Assembly (NCBI GenBank): GCA_003194425.1
Contig: PQXB01000001.1
Location: forward strand, 910,444 to 942,443
From: Candidatus Methanophagaceae archaeon
GTDB lineage: Archaea > Halobacteriota > Syntropharchaeia > Alkanophagales > Methanospirareceae
Length of the DNA stretch: 32,000 nt
Reading direction: 5' to 3'
The notes beneath the pieces are model-generated. The model saw only the letters and a program-made list of their open reading frames with translations, was not told where the DNA came from and did not search any database. Below are positions 16,511 through 23,556 of this stretch, piece after piece. Positions within the stretch are counted from its first letter, which is position 1; every line of letters starts with the position of its first letter. A program made the position numbers and the translations under genes.

Positions 16511-17500
16511 TTAAGATTTTTTACGCCTCGTCCATTTGACGCCTTCTTCTGTAACCACCGCCGCCACCAACTCAAACGGCGTGAAGTCAAACGCAGGGTT
16601 GAAGACCCGAACTTCAAGCGGTGCAACCTGCTCGCCGCCGAAAAAAATCAACTCCTCCGCACTCCGCTCCTCAATCTCAACCTCCCGGTAACTCCGCTCC
16701 AAGTCAAAACTGGTGAGCGGTGCAGCGACAAAAAAAGGAATCCCGTGCTCCTTCGCCGCTACTGCGTGCGAGTAAGTCCCGATTTTGTTTAGCACGCCCT
16801 CCTTGACGACCCTGTCCGCCCCCACGAGCACCTTGTCCACTTTCCCTGCCCGCATCAGCGACGCACTCGCGCTGTCCGAGATCAGCGTAACCGGAATTCC
16901 GTCCTGAAGCAGTTCCCACGCGGTCAGCCGCGAACCCTGGTTCAGCGGTCGCGTCTCGCACGCGATTACCTCCACCCGCTTCCCCGCTGCCACTGCACTC
17001 CGCACCACACCGAGAGCAGTCCCCCAGTCAACGCACGCCAACCGCCCGGCGTTGCAGTGCGTCAGCACCACGTCCCCGTCCTCAAGAAGCTCGCTTCCAA
17101 ACTCCCCGATTTTCTTGTTCGCCGCAACGTCCTCCTCCGCAATTCGCCTCGCCTCCGCAAGCGCACGCTCTTCTCTCTCCCGTGCAGTTCGCCCAAGCAG
17201 TGCTGCGTTTAACGCCCGCTCGACGCCGTAGGAGAGGTTAACCGCGGTGGGTCGTGCTTTCTTAAGCAGCTCAACCGCCTCTTTTACCCCCGCCTCGGTC
17301 TTCTCATTTTTGCAGGCTAAGACGACCCCGAAGGCACCAGCAGCACCCAACGCCGGCGCTCCCCGCACCCGCAGCTTTTTTATCGCGTCCACCAGCCCCG
17401 ACACGGTCTTGCACGCCACTACCCTGCACTCTCTCGGCAGCAAAGTCTGGTCAATCAGTTTTACCGCTCCCGCTTCCTCCGCCCACTCGATCGTTCTCAT
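16511..17500 (-). CDS. mtnA: eIF-2B alpha/beta/delta family isomerase, MtnA type (S-methyl-5-thioribose-1-phosphate isomerase-like)
   Basis: From ATG at 17500 the product reads MRTIEWAEEAGAVKLIDQTLLPRE...VRGAPALGAAGAFG...RPTAVNL...HCNAG...ETRPLNQG...NKIGTY. The N-terminal IEW...DQTxLP extension marks the MtnA/aIF-2BI subgroup rather than the shorter ribose-1,5-bisphosphate isomerase type. Confidence 0.8.
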   Translation of the reverse strand: MRTIEWAEEAGAVKLIDQTLLPRECRVVACKTVSGLVDAIKKLRVRGAPALGAAGAFGVVLACKNEKTEAGVKEAVELLKKARPTAVNLSYGVERALNAALLGRTAREREERALAEARRIAEEDVAANKKIGEFGSELLEDGDVVLTHCNAGRLACVDWGTALGVVRSAVAAGKRVEVIACETRPLNQGSRLTAWELLQDGIPVTLISDSASASLMRAGKVDKVLVGADRVVKEGVLNKIGTYSHAVAAKEHGIPFFVAAPLTSFDLERSYREVEIEERSAEELIFFGGEQVAPLEVRVFNPAFDFTPFELVAAVVTEEGVKWTRRKKS

Positions 17501-17565
17501 TTCTAACACCTGAACGAACAAATTTATAAAGGAGTTTTTTAAATTATCAACGGAGACAAGACAAA

Positions 17566-18447
17566 TTGAGCTTTGACGAAAGGAGGTTTGGAGAAAGAGT
17601 CGCAGAGGTGCGGAAGTTGTGGGAGATGAAAGAAGTCGTGTTTGACAAGGCTTTTTTAGCGAGTGCGAGCAAGGAGATGGAATTGTATTTTATGTTCAGG
17701 GGCGTCTCGAAGAGCGAGGAGGACGAGAGGAGGATAAATAAACTGGGGCTGAGATACGACATCACAATTATCCCCCCGAATACGCTCGGCTCGGAGTTCG
17801 TTAAAACCGCGGGACACTACCACCCAACTTTCTCGGACGGGTCAGACCTAACTTTTCCTGAAATTTACGAAGTGCTGGAGGGCGAGGCACACTACCTCCT
17901 GCAACGCAGGGAAGAAGGGAAGGTGCAGCGGGGAGAGAAGGTGCAGCGGGGAGAGAAGGTGCAGCGGGGAGAGAAGGTGCAGCGGGGAGAGAAGGTGCAG
18001 CGGGGAGAGAAGGTGCAGCGGGGAGAGGCGGAGAAAATAACAGACGTGGTGGTGGTAAAAGCGGAAGAGGGGGACAAGGTCTTAATTCCGCCAAATTACG
18101 GGCACGTTACGATAAATCCGAGTGAAAAGAAAGAGACTTTAAAGATGGCGAACTGGGTTGCGAGTGGTTGGTCCTCGATTTACGAGCCGATAAAAAGGAA
18201 GGGCGGTGCTGCGTATTTTGAGCTGACAAGCGGCGAGTTTGTGAAGAACGAGAATTACGGGGCGGTGCCGGAGATTCGGTTTCTCAAGGCTTCGGGGGCG
18301 GAATCGGCATCGGTGTTAAAAGAGTTGGGGCTAAGCAGAGAGCAGGAAATGTACGAGCTAATTGAAGAGCCGGAAAAGTTGGAATTTCTTACTAATCCCT
18401 CTTTTTTTATGAAAGAAAGTTTGATCAAAGAAACTTATATTTTTTGA
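17566..18447 (+). CDS. pgiA: Cupin-type glucose-6-phosphate isomerase (cPGI) carrying a repeat-expanded loop
   Basis: The cupin motifs are TAGHYHP...EIYEVLEGEAHYLLQ and LIPPNYGHVTINP. The N-terminal RKLWEMKEVVFD resembles the RRLSDMEGYFVD segment I recall from Pyrococcus furiosus cPGI. The start is TTG at 17566, with an alternative in-frame ATG at 17626. Confidence 0.8.
   Translation: MSFDERRFGERVAEVRKLWEMKEVVFDKAFLASASKEMELYFMFRGVSKSEEDERRINKLGLRYDITIIPPNTLGSEFVKTAGHYHPTFSDGSDLTFPEIYEVLEGEAHYLLQRREEGKVQRGEKVQRGEKVQRGEKVQRGEKVQRGEKVQRGEAEKITDVVVVKAEEGDKVLIPPNYGHVTINPSEKKETLKMANWVASGWSSIYEPIKRKGGAAYFELTSGEFVKNENYGAVPEIRFLKASGAESASVLKELGLSREQEMYELIEEPEKLEFLTNPSFFMKESLIKETYIF
17920..18027 (+). 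repeat. Six identical in-frame copies of an 18-nt unit (aaggtgcagcggggagag; peptide GEKVQR x6)
   Basis: Read directly from the sequence: copies at 17920, 17938, 17956, 17974, 17992 and 18010, with no mismatches. Confidence 0.97.
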
Positions 18448-18470
18448 TAAAAGTTTTTTAAAAAGTTTTT

Positions 18471-19352
18471 ATGAAGAGAGCGGAGGTTCTGATCGAGGCG
18501 TTGCCGTACATTCGCAGGTTCTACGGCTCGAAGATGGTGATAAAAGTCGGCGGGCACGCGTTGGTAGACGAGAGCATCTTGGAGAGAATTACGCAAGACC
18601 TCGTGCTGCTCAGGTTCGTGGGGATAAATCCGGTGGTTGTGCACGGCGGCGGTCCGGAGATAACAAGGTTAATGGAGAAGTTGGGAAAGAAGCCGGAGTT
18701 CGTTTTGGGGCTTCGCGTGACCGACGACGAGACGATGGAAATAGCGAGAATGGTGCTCGTGGGTAGCGTCAACGAACGCATCGTTTCGCTCATCGGGAAG
18801 CACGGCGGGAAAGGAATCGGACTGTCCGGGAACGACGGAGAATTGATTGTGGCGAAGAAGAAGCGGAAGCAGAAGGTTGGAATTGGAGGTGGTGAGGAGC
18901 GGGAGGTTGACCTCGGCTGGGTGGGGGAGGTGGAGAAAATAAACCCGGAGATAATCGAAATAACCGCTGCGAGAGGCTACATTCCCGTAATTTCGCCGAT
19001 TGCCGTAGCCGTAGACACCGCGGGCAGCAGCCTGAACGTGAACGCCGACTCGGTCGCTGGCGAGCTGGCGTGCGCGGTAAAGGCGGAGAAGTTGATTCTG
19101 CTCACTGATGTTCCGGGGGTGCTGCGAGACCCTGCAGACCCAACAACACTAATTCCGCAGGCGAGACCTGGGGAGATAAAAAAATTAATTGCAACCGGAA
19201 TTATCGGCGAAGGAATGATTCCAAAAGCGGAGGCGTGTTTAAGAGCCGCTTCTGGTGGTGTCAGTTCGCACATTCTCGACGGACGAGCCCCTCACTCCCT
19301 TCTGCTTGAACTCTTCACTGACAGAGGAATCGGGACGATGGTCAAGGCTTGA
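18471..19352 (+). CDS. argB: Acetylglutamate kinase (ArgB/LysZ family)
   Basis: Family motifs are present: RAEVLIEALPYIRRFYGSKMVIKVGGHAL, VVHGGGPEI and NVNADSVAGELA. The length of 293 aa fits the family. Confidence 0.9.
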   Translation: MKRAEVLIEALPYIRRFYGSKMVIKVGGHALVDESILERITQDLVLLRFVGINPVVVHGGGPEITRLMEKLGKKPEFVLGLRVTDDETMEIARMVLVGSVNERIVSLIGKHGGKGIGLSGNDGELIVAKKKRKQKVGIGGGEEREVDLGWVGEVEKINPEIIEITAARGYIPVISPIAVAVDTAGSSLNVNADSVAGELACAVKAEKLILLTDVPGVLRDPADPTTLIPQARPGEIKKLIATGIIGEGMIPKAEACLRAASGGVSSHILDGRAPHSLLLELFTDRGIGTMVKA

Positions 19353-19367
19353 CTTAACCAACTTTTC

Positions 19368-20402
19368 TCACCTCACTTCAACCTCGCTGCCGCTGTTGTT
19401 TGCGTTGGAGTAAGTCACAAACGCTCGTGCCCCTTCCCTTTTCCTGTCTCCCTTCCCTTTTTCGTCCAGAAATTCTTTCGTCGCCGCAGCGAGCTCCTCC
19501 GCCCTCCGTTCGCCTTCTACGACTGCGTAGGTCGCGGGACCAAACGAGGACATTCCGTAGCCTAACGCGTGCGGGTGGGCGTCGAAGAAACCGAAGAGTT
19601 CTTTTATTTTTTCGTGCTGAAGCCCGACCTCAATTTTCTTGAACCCGACCGTTTGCAGCCCCGTTAAACTCGCAGCAAAAGTGTTTAGGTCGTTCTCAAG
19701 CACCGCGGGCAGAATCCGCACGAGCACGAGCCTGCAAATTTTCTCGACCTCCTCCCTCTTTATCGGGCAGCACCGCCTGAAAATCTCCACCTCTTCAACC
19801 CCGTGCGCCCCCTGCTGCACCCCGGGAATTGCGACCACAAAGAACCAGTCCTCGGGGAGCGGGTGCTGAAAGAGGACGGGAGGAGGCGGGACTTTGGACG
19901 CCGAGGAAGGAAGGAAACTCGTTTTAAACCCTTTTCCCCCTCCCTCGCTTCCCTCTCCCTCGCTTCCTTCCTCTCCTCGTTGAAACGCGTGCCCGCCGTC
20001 CAAAATGAAACCCCCGTTCTCGAAGGCAGCCGTGCCGATTCCTGAAGTCCCGCCTCGCCCCACCTGTTTTGCCAATTCCGCTGCGTTTCTCTCCCGGTCG
20101 CGGTCTCGGGTTCGGTCTTGGTTCTCCAGCACGGAAATTGCTTTTGCCACGCTCAACGAGAGCTGTGTCCGAGAGCCCAGCCCCACGTGCGACGGCAGGC
20201 TCTTCAATATTTTTACACGGTACTTCCCGTTTCTGCTCCCGTTTCTGCTCCCGCTCCCGCCTTCTCCAACTGCGGACACCTCTATTTTCAGAGAGGGCTC
20301 GTTCAACGCCACGCCAATTCCGCCGTCCACTCTTCCAAGCTCGCCGTTTAGGTCAATGAGACCGAAGTGCAGCCTGCTCGGCGAAGTTACGAGAACGCTC
20401 AT
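19368..20402 (-). CDS. mptG: beta-ribofuranosylaminobenzene 5'-phosphate synthase (methanopterin biosynthesis, GHMP-kinase-like)
   Basis: The N-terminus SPSRLHFGLIDLNGELGRVDGGIGVAL and the GHMP-like GLGSRTQLSLS and GRGGTSGIG motifs match my recollection of the beta-RFAP synthase family. Three low-complexity inserts are present: SRNGSRNG, DRTRDRDRERN and EGSEGEGSEGGG. Confidence 0.75.
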   Translation of the reverse strand: MSVLVTSPSRLHFGLIDLNGELGRVDGGIGVALNEPSLKIEVSAVGEGGSGSRNGSRNGKYRVKILKSLPSHVGLGSRTQLSLSVAKAISVLENQDRTRDRDRERNAAELAKQVGRGGTSGIGTAAFENGGFILDGGHAFQRGEEGSEGEGSEGGGKGFKTSFLPSSASKVPPPPVLFQHPLPEDWFFVVAIPGVQQGAHGVEEVEIFRRCCPIKREEVEKICRLVLVRILPAVLENDLNTFAASLTGLQTVGFKKIEVGLQHEKIKELFGFFDAHPHALGYGMSSFGPATYAVVEGERRAEELAAATKEFLDEKGKGDRKREGARAFVTYSNANNSGSEVEVR

Positions 20403-20406
20403 TTTA

Positions 20407-21624
20407 TTAAATTATCAAATCATTCGGAGACAGATTTAAAGAATTTTTGCTTTTCGCTTCTGCGACCGCTACGTAGCGGGTCAAACTCTTGTGAACTCGG
20501 TAAGCGTGCCTTTCGAGGAGCCGGAAATTGTAGAGGAGGGAAAAAAAGGTCGGTGAATTTGAGACGACGACCGCTCTTCTTCCGGGCTTGAGCACACGCT
20601 GGATTTCAGCCAGAGCGTTCTGGTAGAGAGCAGAGAGAGCAGAGCAGCCTGACCCTGCCACCAACGAAGATCTGCCGTAGGGCAGGTCTGTAACGACGGC
20701 GTCCACACTGCTGTCCTGCAAAGGTATTTTAGAGGCGTCGCCGACAAGCACGACAAAATCCTCTCCGCTCCGTCCCTTCCCAAGTCCAACTCCAAAGAGC
20801 CGCAAGTTCTCTCGCGCCCCGCGCACCATTTTCTCCTGCACGTCCAGCCCCACGACCCTCGCCCCCACCTCAGGCAGACCCGCTTCAAGCAGAAGTCCGC
20901 CCGTGCCGCAGAAAGGGTCGAGGAGAAGCCCGCCCGCTCTCACTCCGCTGAGGTTGACGAGAGCGCGAGCCAGTTTCGGCTTCAGTACGCCGGGCGAAAA
21001 GAAAGGTCGCAAGTGCGGTCTCCGTTCCGCAAACTGCCTCTTCTTCTCCTTCTCCTCCTCCGCCGAGTGCGGGTGCAGGAGCAGACAGAAGAGGCACGCC
21101 TCTCCCGCGAAGAGCAGCACAAAAGTCTTGGACGGCTTCCGCAGGTTCACTTCGTAGCCCCGGCGTTTTATGATTTCGCCCGCTTTCCTCTCCAACGCTG
21201 CCCTCCCTAAACCCCGCTCTAACTTTCTCTTGCCCCTAACACGCACCGCGAATGTCTCACCCTGCCCCTCACCCTGCCTCTCACTCTGCCCCTCTCTCTG
21301 CCCCTCTCTCTGCCCTTCTTCCGAAAAATCGTTCAAATCCGCCTCTTTGACGACCGCTAGTATTTCGCTCGCTTCTGCCCCCGGCTTGCTCGTGCTCACG
21401 CCTTTCACCTCGTAAACGCAGTGCGTCAACGCCAGCCGCTTCGAGAGAAGTCCAAGAACTGCTGCGGGTGCAGGCACGAGAGGTGACGGCTGCACCTCAA
21501 CTACAAGCACACCGTCGCAGAAGATTCTCTCGGCGTAAGGAATCTTTAAAACCTGCAGGCAGGCGAAAACCTCGGCTCTCGGCAGCGTTTGGTGTTCGCC
21601 GGAGAGTTCAAAAGCAAGGTGCAT
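20407..21624 (-). CDS. trm11: THUMP-domain tRNA (guanine-N2)-methyltransferase, archaeal Trm11/Trm-G10 type
   Basis: An N-terminal THUMP-like region is followed by the SAM motif I LLDPFCGTGGLLLEA and the catalytic motif IV TDLPYGR. The insert EEGQREGQREGQSERQGEGQGE lies between the domains. Confidence 0.8.
   Translation of the reverse strand: MHLAFELSGEHQTLPRAEVFACLQVLKIPYAERIFCDGVLVVEVQPSPLVPAPAAVLGLLSKRLALTHCVYEVKGVSTSKPGAEASEILAVVKEADLNDFSEEGQREGQREGQSERQGEGQGETFAVRVRGKRKLERGLGRAALERKAGEIIKRRGYEVNLRKPSKTFVLLFAGEACLFCLLLHPHSAEEEKEKKRQFAERRPHLRPFFSPGVLKPKLARALVNLSGVRAGGLLLDPFCGTGGLLLEAGLPEVGARVVGLDVQEKMVRGARENLRLFGVGLGKGRSGEDFVVLVGDASKIPLQDSSVDAVVTDLPYGRSSLVAGSGCSALSALYQNALAEIQRVLKPGRRAVVVSNSPTFFSLLYNFRLLERHAYRVHKSLTRYVAVAEAKSKNSLNLSPNDLII
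21256..21315 (-). repeat. In-frame 12-nt x5 tandem repeat in trm11
   Basis: The plus strand reads ctcaccctgccc, ctcaccctgcct, ctcactctgccc, ctctctctgccc and ctctctctgccc. It is purine-rich on the sense (minus) strand. Confidence 0.9.
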
Positions 21625-21676
21625 CTAAACTAATCTTTTTTTACTAAAAGAAAAAAGGAAGAAAGGGTAAAGAAAA

Positions 21677-22597
21677 ATGGGAACGAGCAAGACGGGACAG
21701 GGATTAGAACTTGAAAACCTCAGGCACGGGACAGAGCTTTTGAAGCATGGGTTCGCGTCCTTGCAGAAGGGTGGCGTAATTATGGACGTGACGAGTGCCG
21801 AGCAGGCGAAAATAGCTGAGGACGCGGGTGCGGTCGCGGTGATGGCTCTGCACGCGGTTCCCGCGGACATCAGAAAATCCGGCGGCGTGGCACGAATGGC
21901 TGACCCCGCGGTCGTCTCCGAAATCATCGACGCAGTCACGATTCCTGTGATGGCGAAGTGCCGAATCGGGCATTTTGTGGAGGCGGAGATTCTGGAGGCG
22001 TTGGGCGTTGACATGGTCGACGAGTCCGAGGTTCTGACGCCTGTGGACACGCACCACGTGGACAAGCGGAGATTTACAACACCGTTCGTCTGCGGTGCCC
22101 GCGACTTGGGCGAGGCGTTGCGTCGGATTGAAGAAGGTGCAGCGATGATTCGGACGAAGGGCGAAGCAGGGACTGGCGATGTGAAAGAAGCGGTGCGGCA
22201 TATGAAATTGATTTTGGGCGAGGTGCGGTCGCTGAAGGGAAAGAGCGAGGAAGAGTTACGGGACGCTGCGAAGGCGTTTAAGGTCTCGTTAGAGTTGGTG
22301 CAGGAGACTGCGGTGTTGCAGCGGTTGCCTGTAGTGAATTTCGCGGCGGGTGGAGTAGCAACGCCTGCGGACGCTGCACTTATGATGAAACTCGGTGCAG
22401 ACGGCGTCTTCGTGGGCTCGGGGATTTTCAAGTCGGAAAAGCCAGAGAAGATGGCGTCTGCGATTGTGGAGGCGGTGAACAACTACGACGACGCAGCGAG
22501 GCTGGTAGAGATTTCTAAAGGGCTGGGAACGGCGATGAAAGGCATTGAAGTGAGCGTTTTGTCGGAAGAGGAAATGTTGCAGGTTCGGGGGTGGTAG
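21677..22597 (+). CDS. pdxS: Pyridoxal 5'-phosphate synthase lyase subunit PdxS
   Basis: The sequence is highly characteristic of PdxS: [56 protein letters not shown]...[29 protein letters not shown]...[10 protein letters not shown]. Confidence 0.95.
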   Translation: MGTSKTGQGLELENLRHGTELLKHGFASLQKGGVIMDVTSAEQAKIAEDAGAVAVMALHAVPADIRKSGGVARMADPAVVSEIIDAVTIPVMAKCRIGHFVEAEILEALGVDMVDESEVLTPVDTHHVDKRRFTTPFVCGARDLGEALRRIEEGAAMIRTKGEAGTGDVKEAVRHMKLILGEVRSLKGKSEEELRDAAKAFKVSLELVQETAVLQRLPVVNFAAGGVATPADAALMMKLGADGVFVGSGIFKSEKPEKMASAIVEAVNNYDDAARLVEISKGLGTAMKGIEVSVLSEEEMLQVRGW

Positions 22598-22603
22598 AAG
22601 TAC

Positions 22604-23086
22604 CTAACCCCCCTTTTTATCCAATCCTTTATCCAACCTACCTCCTCCCCTCAACTTATCCAACCTACCTCCCCTCAACTTATCCAACCTACCTCGCCTC
22701 AACCTACTAATTAAGTCCGCAGCAGAGGCTACCCTCTGCCTCCTTCGCAGGTCGCTCCAAATCTTCAATTGCTTATACAACCAAAAATCCAACTCGTCCT
22801 CGTCCTCTGCGTAAATCACCTCTTTCTTCTCCAAAACCGCACCCTTCAAATACCACGGCATCTCATTGAACTCTACAATATCGTACTTCTCATCTGCCGA
22901 GACCTCCAAGATCCTTTCGTATAAATCCCGCGATTTAATTCCCTCCTTCTTTATCACACAAATATCAATGTCCGACCGCTCATCTGCGTAGCCCTTAACA
23001 AGCGAGCCATAAACTAATATCCCTCTAACACACGGAATAATGCCTCGCAACGCCGCTAAAACCGCTCTTTTAAGTCGCTCGTCCAT
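22604..23086 (-). CDS. mntA: Minimal nucleotidyltransferase (MNT/MntA-type antitoxin) with a tandem-repeat C-terminal tail
   Basis: From ATG at 23086 the product reads MDERLKRAVLAALRG...ILVYGSLVKGYADERSDIDICV, which carries the G-S...D-x-D nucleotidyltransferase signature. The C-terminus RGRLDKLRGGRLDKLRGGGRLDKGLDKKGG is encoded by 27/24/24-nt repeats at 22630-22704. Confidence 0.75.
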   Translation of the reverse strand: MDERLKRAVLAALRGIIPCVRGILVYGSLVKGYADERSDIDICVIKKEGIKSRDLYERILEVSADEKYDIVEFNEMPWYLKGAVLEKKEVIYAEDEDELDFWLYKQLKIWSDLRRRQRVASAADLISRLRRGRLDKLRGGRLDKLRGGGRLDKGLDKKGG

Positions 23087-23490
23087 TCTAAAACCACCAC
23101 CGAAAAATCTCTTAAATCCTCTACCAACTCCTTTATCGCACAGCACGCAATCTCATCATTTACACCTTCGTAACCATGAATCAGCCTATTTCTCAATCCG
23201 TTTGCCTCTTTCAGTTTCTCTCCCAACCCCCGTCTCTGCCCCAAAACCCCCCGCTCTACCAAGAACTCGATATTGCTGTAGTCATCCTTTGCTGACGAAT
23301 TTAGACTCCTTCTGAGCATTGCACAGACATCTGCCGCAGCCTCCACGGCCTCTTGAAATTCCTTGTAAATCGCCTTTCGCAATATTCTATCCCGCAATAT
23401 TTCCCAAGATAAATGCTCCTCAATGAACTCAACCCGCTCAACCACGACCTCTACCTTCCCCGCAATCCTCTCTTTAATTTCCTCATTCAT
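23056..23490 (-). CDS. hepT: HEPN-domain protein (DUF86/HepT-type toxin)
   Basis: The HEPN R-x4-H motif is present as GLRNRLIHGYEGV. The size and helical character fit DUF86. The gene overlaps the downstream MNT gene by 31 nt. Candidate starts are ATG at 23490 or ATG at 23511, which lie in a duplicated segment. Confidence 0.8.
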   Translation of the reverse strand: MNEEIKERIAGKVEVVVERVEFIEEHLSWEILRDRILRKAIYKEFQEAVEAAADVCAMLRRSLNSSAKDDYSNIEFLVERGVLGQRRGLGEKLKEANGLRNRLIHGYEGVNDEIACCAIKELVEDLRDFSVVVLEWTSDLKERF

Positions 23491-23529
23491 TTCCCTTCTT
23501 CCCGCCGCCATCTCCCTTCTTCCGCCGCC
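23488..23529 (-). repeat. About 21-nt tandem duplication spanning the hepT ribosome-binding region and start codon
   Basis: The plus strand reads catttcccttcttcccgccgc (23488-23508) followed by catctcccttcttccgccgcc (23509-23529). On the sense strand this gives ...ggaagaagggagATG gcggcgggaagaagggaaATG. Confidence 0.85.
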
Positions 23530-23556
23530 ACACACCACCGCTCAACCGCTCAGTCC

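Noticed and set aside
16444-16626. 60-aa minus-strand ORF as an intact HicB antitoxin
   Set aside because: Its first 33 or so residues are an out-of-frame reading of the mtnA 3' end (R/W/S-rich nonsense). Only the last 27 or so residues look HicB-like, so I report it as a relic within the HicAB finding rather than as a gene.
17920-18027. Regular 18-nt array considered as a possible CRISPR or other spacer-containing array
   Set aside because: The copies are contiguous with no spacers, the unit is far shorter than CRISPR repeats, and the array lies in frame inside a cupin PGI gene.
21625-22482. 285-aa minus-strand ORF opposite pdxS
   Set aside because: It is a shadow ORF. The + strand encodes a textbook PdxS, and the antisense product is S/A/T/P-rich with no motifs.
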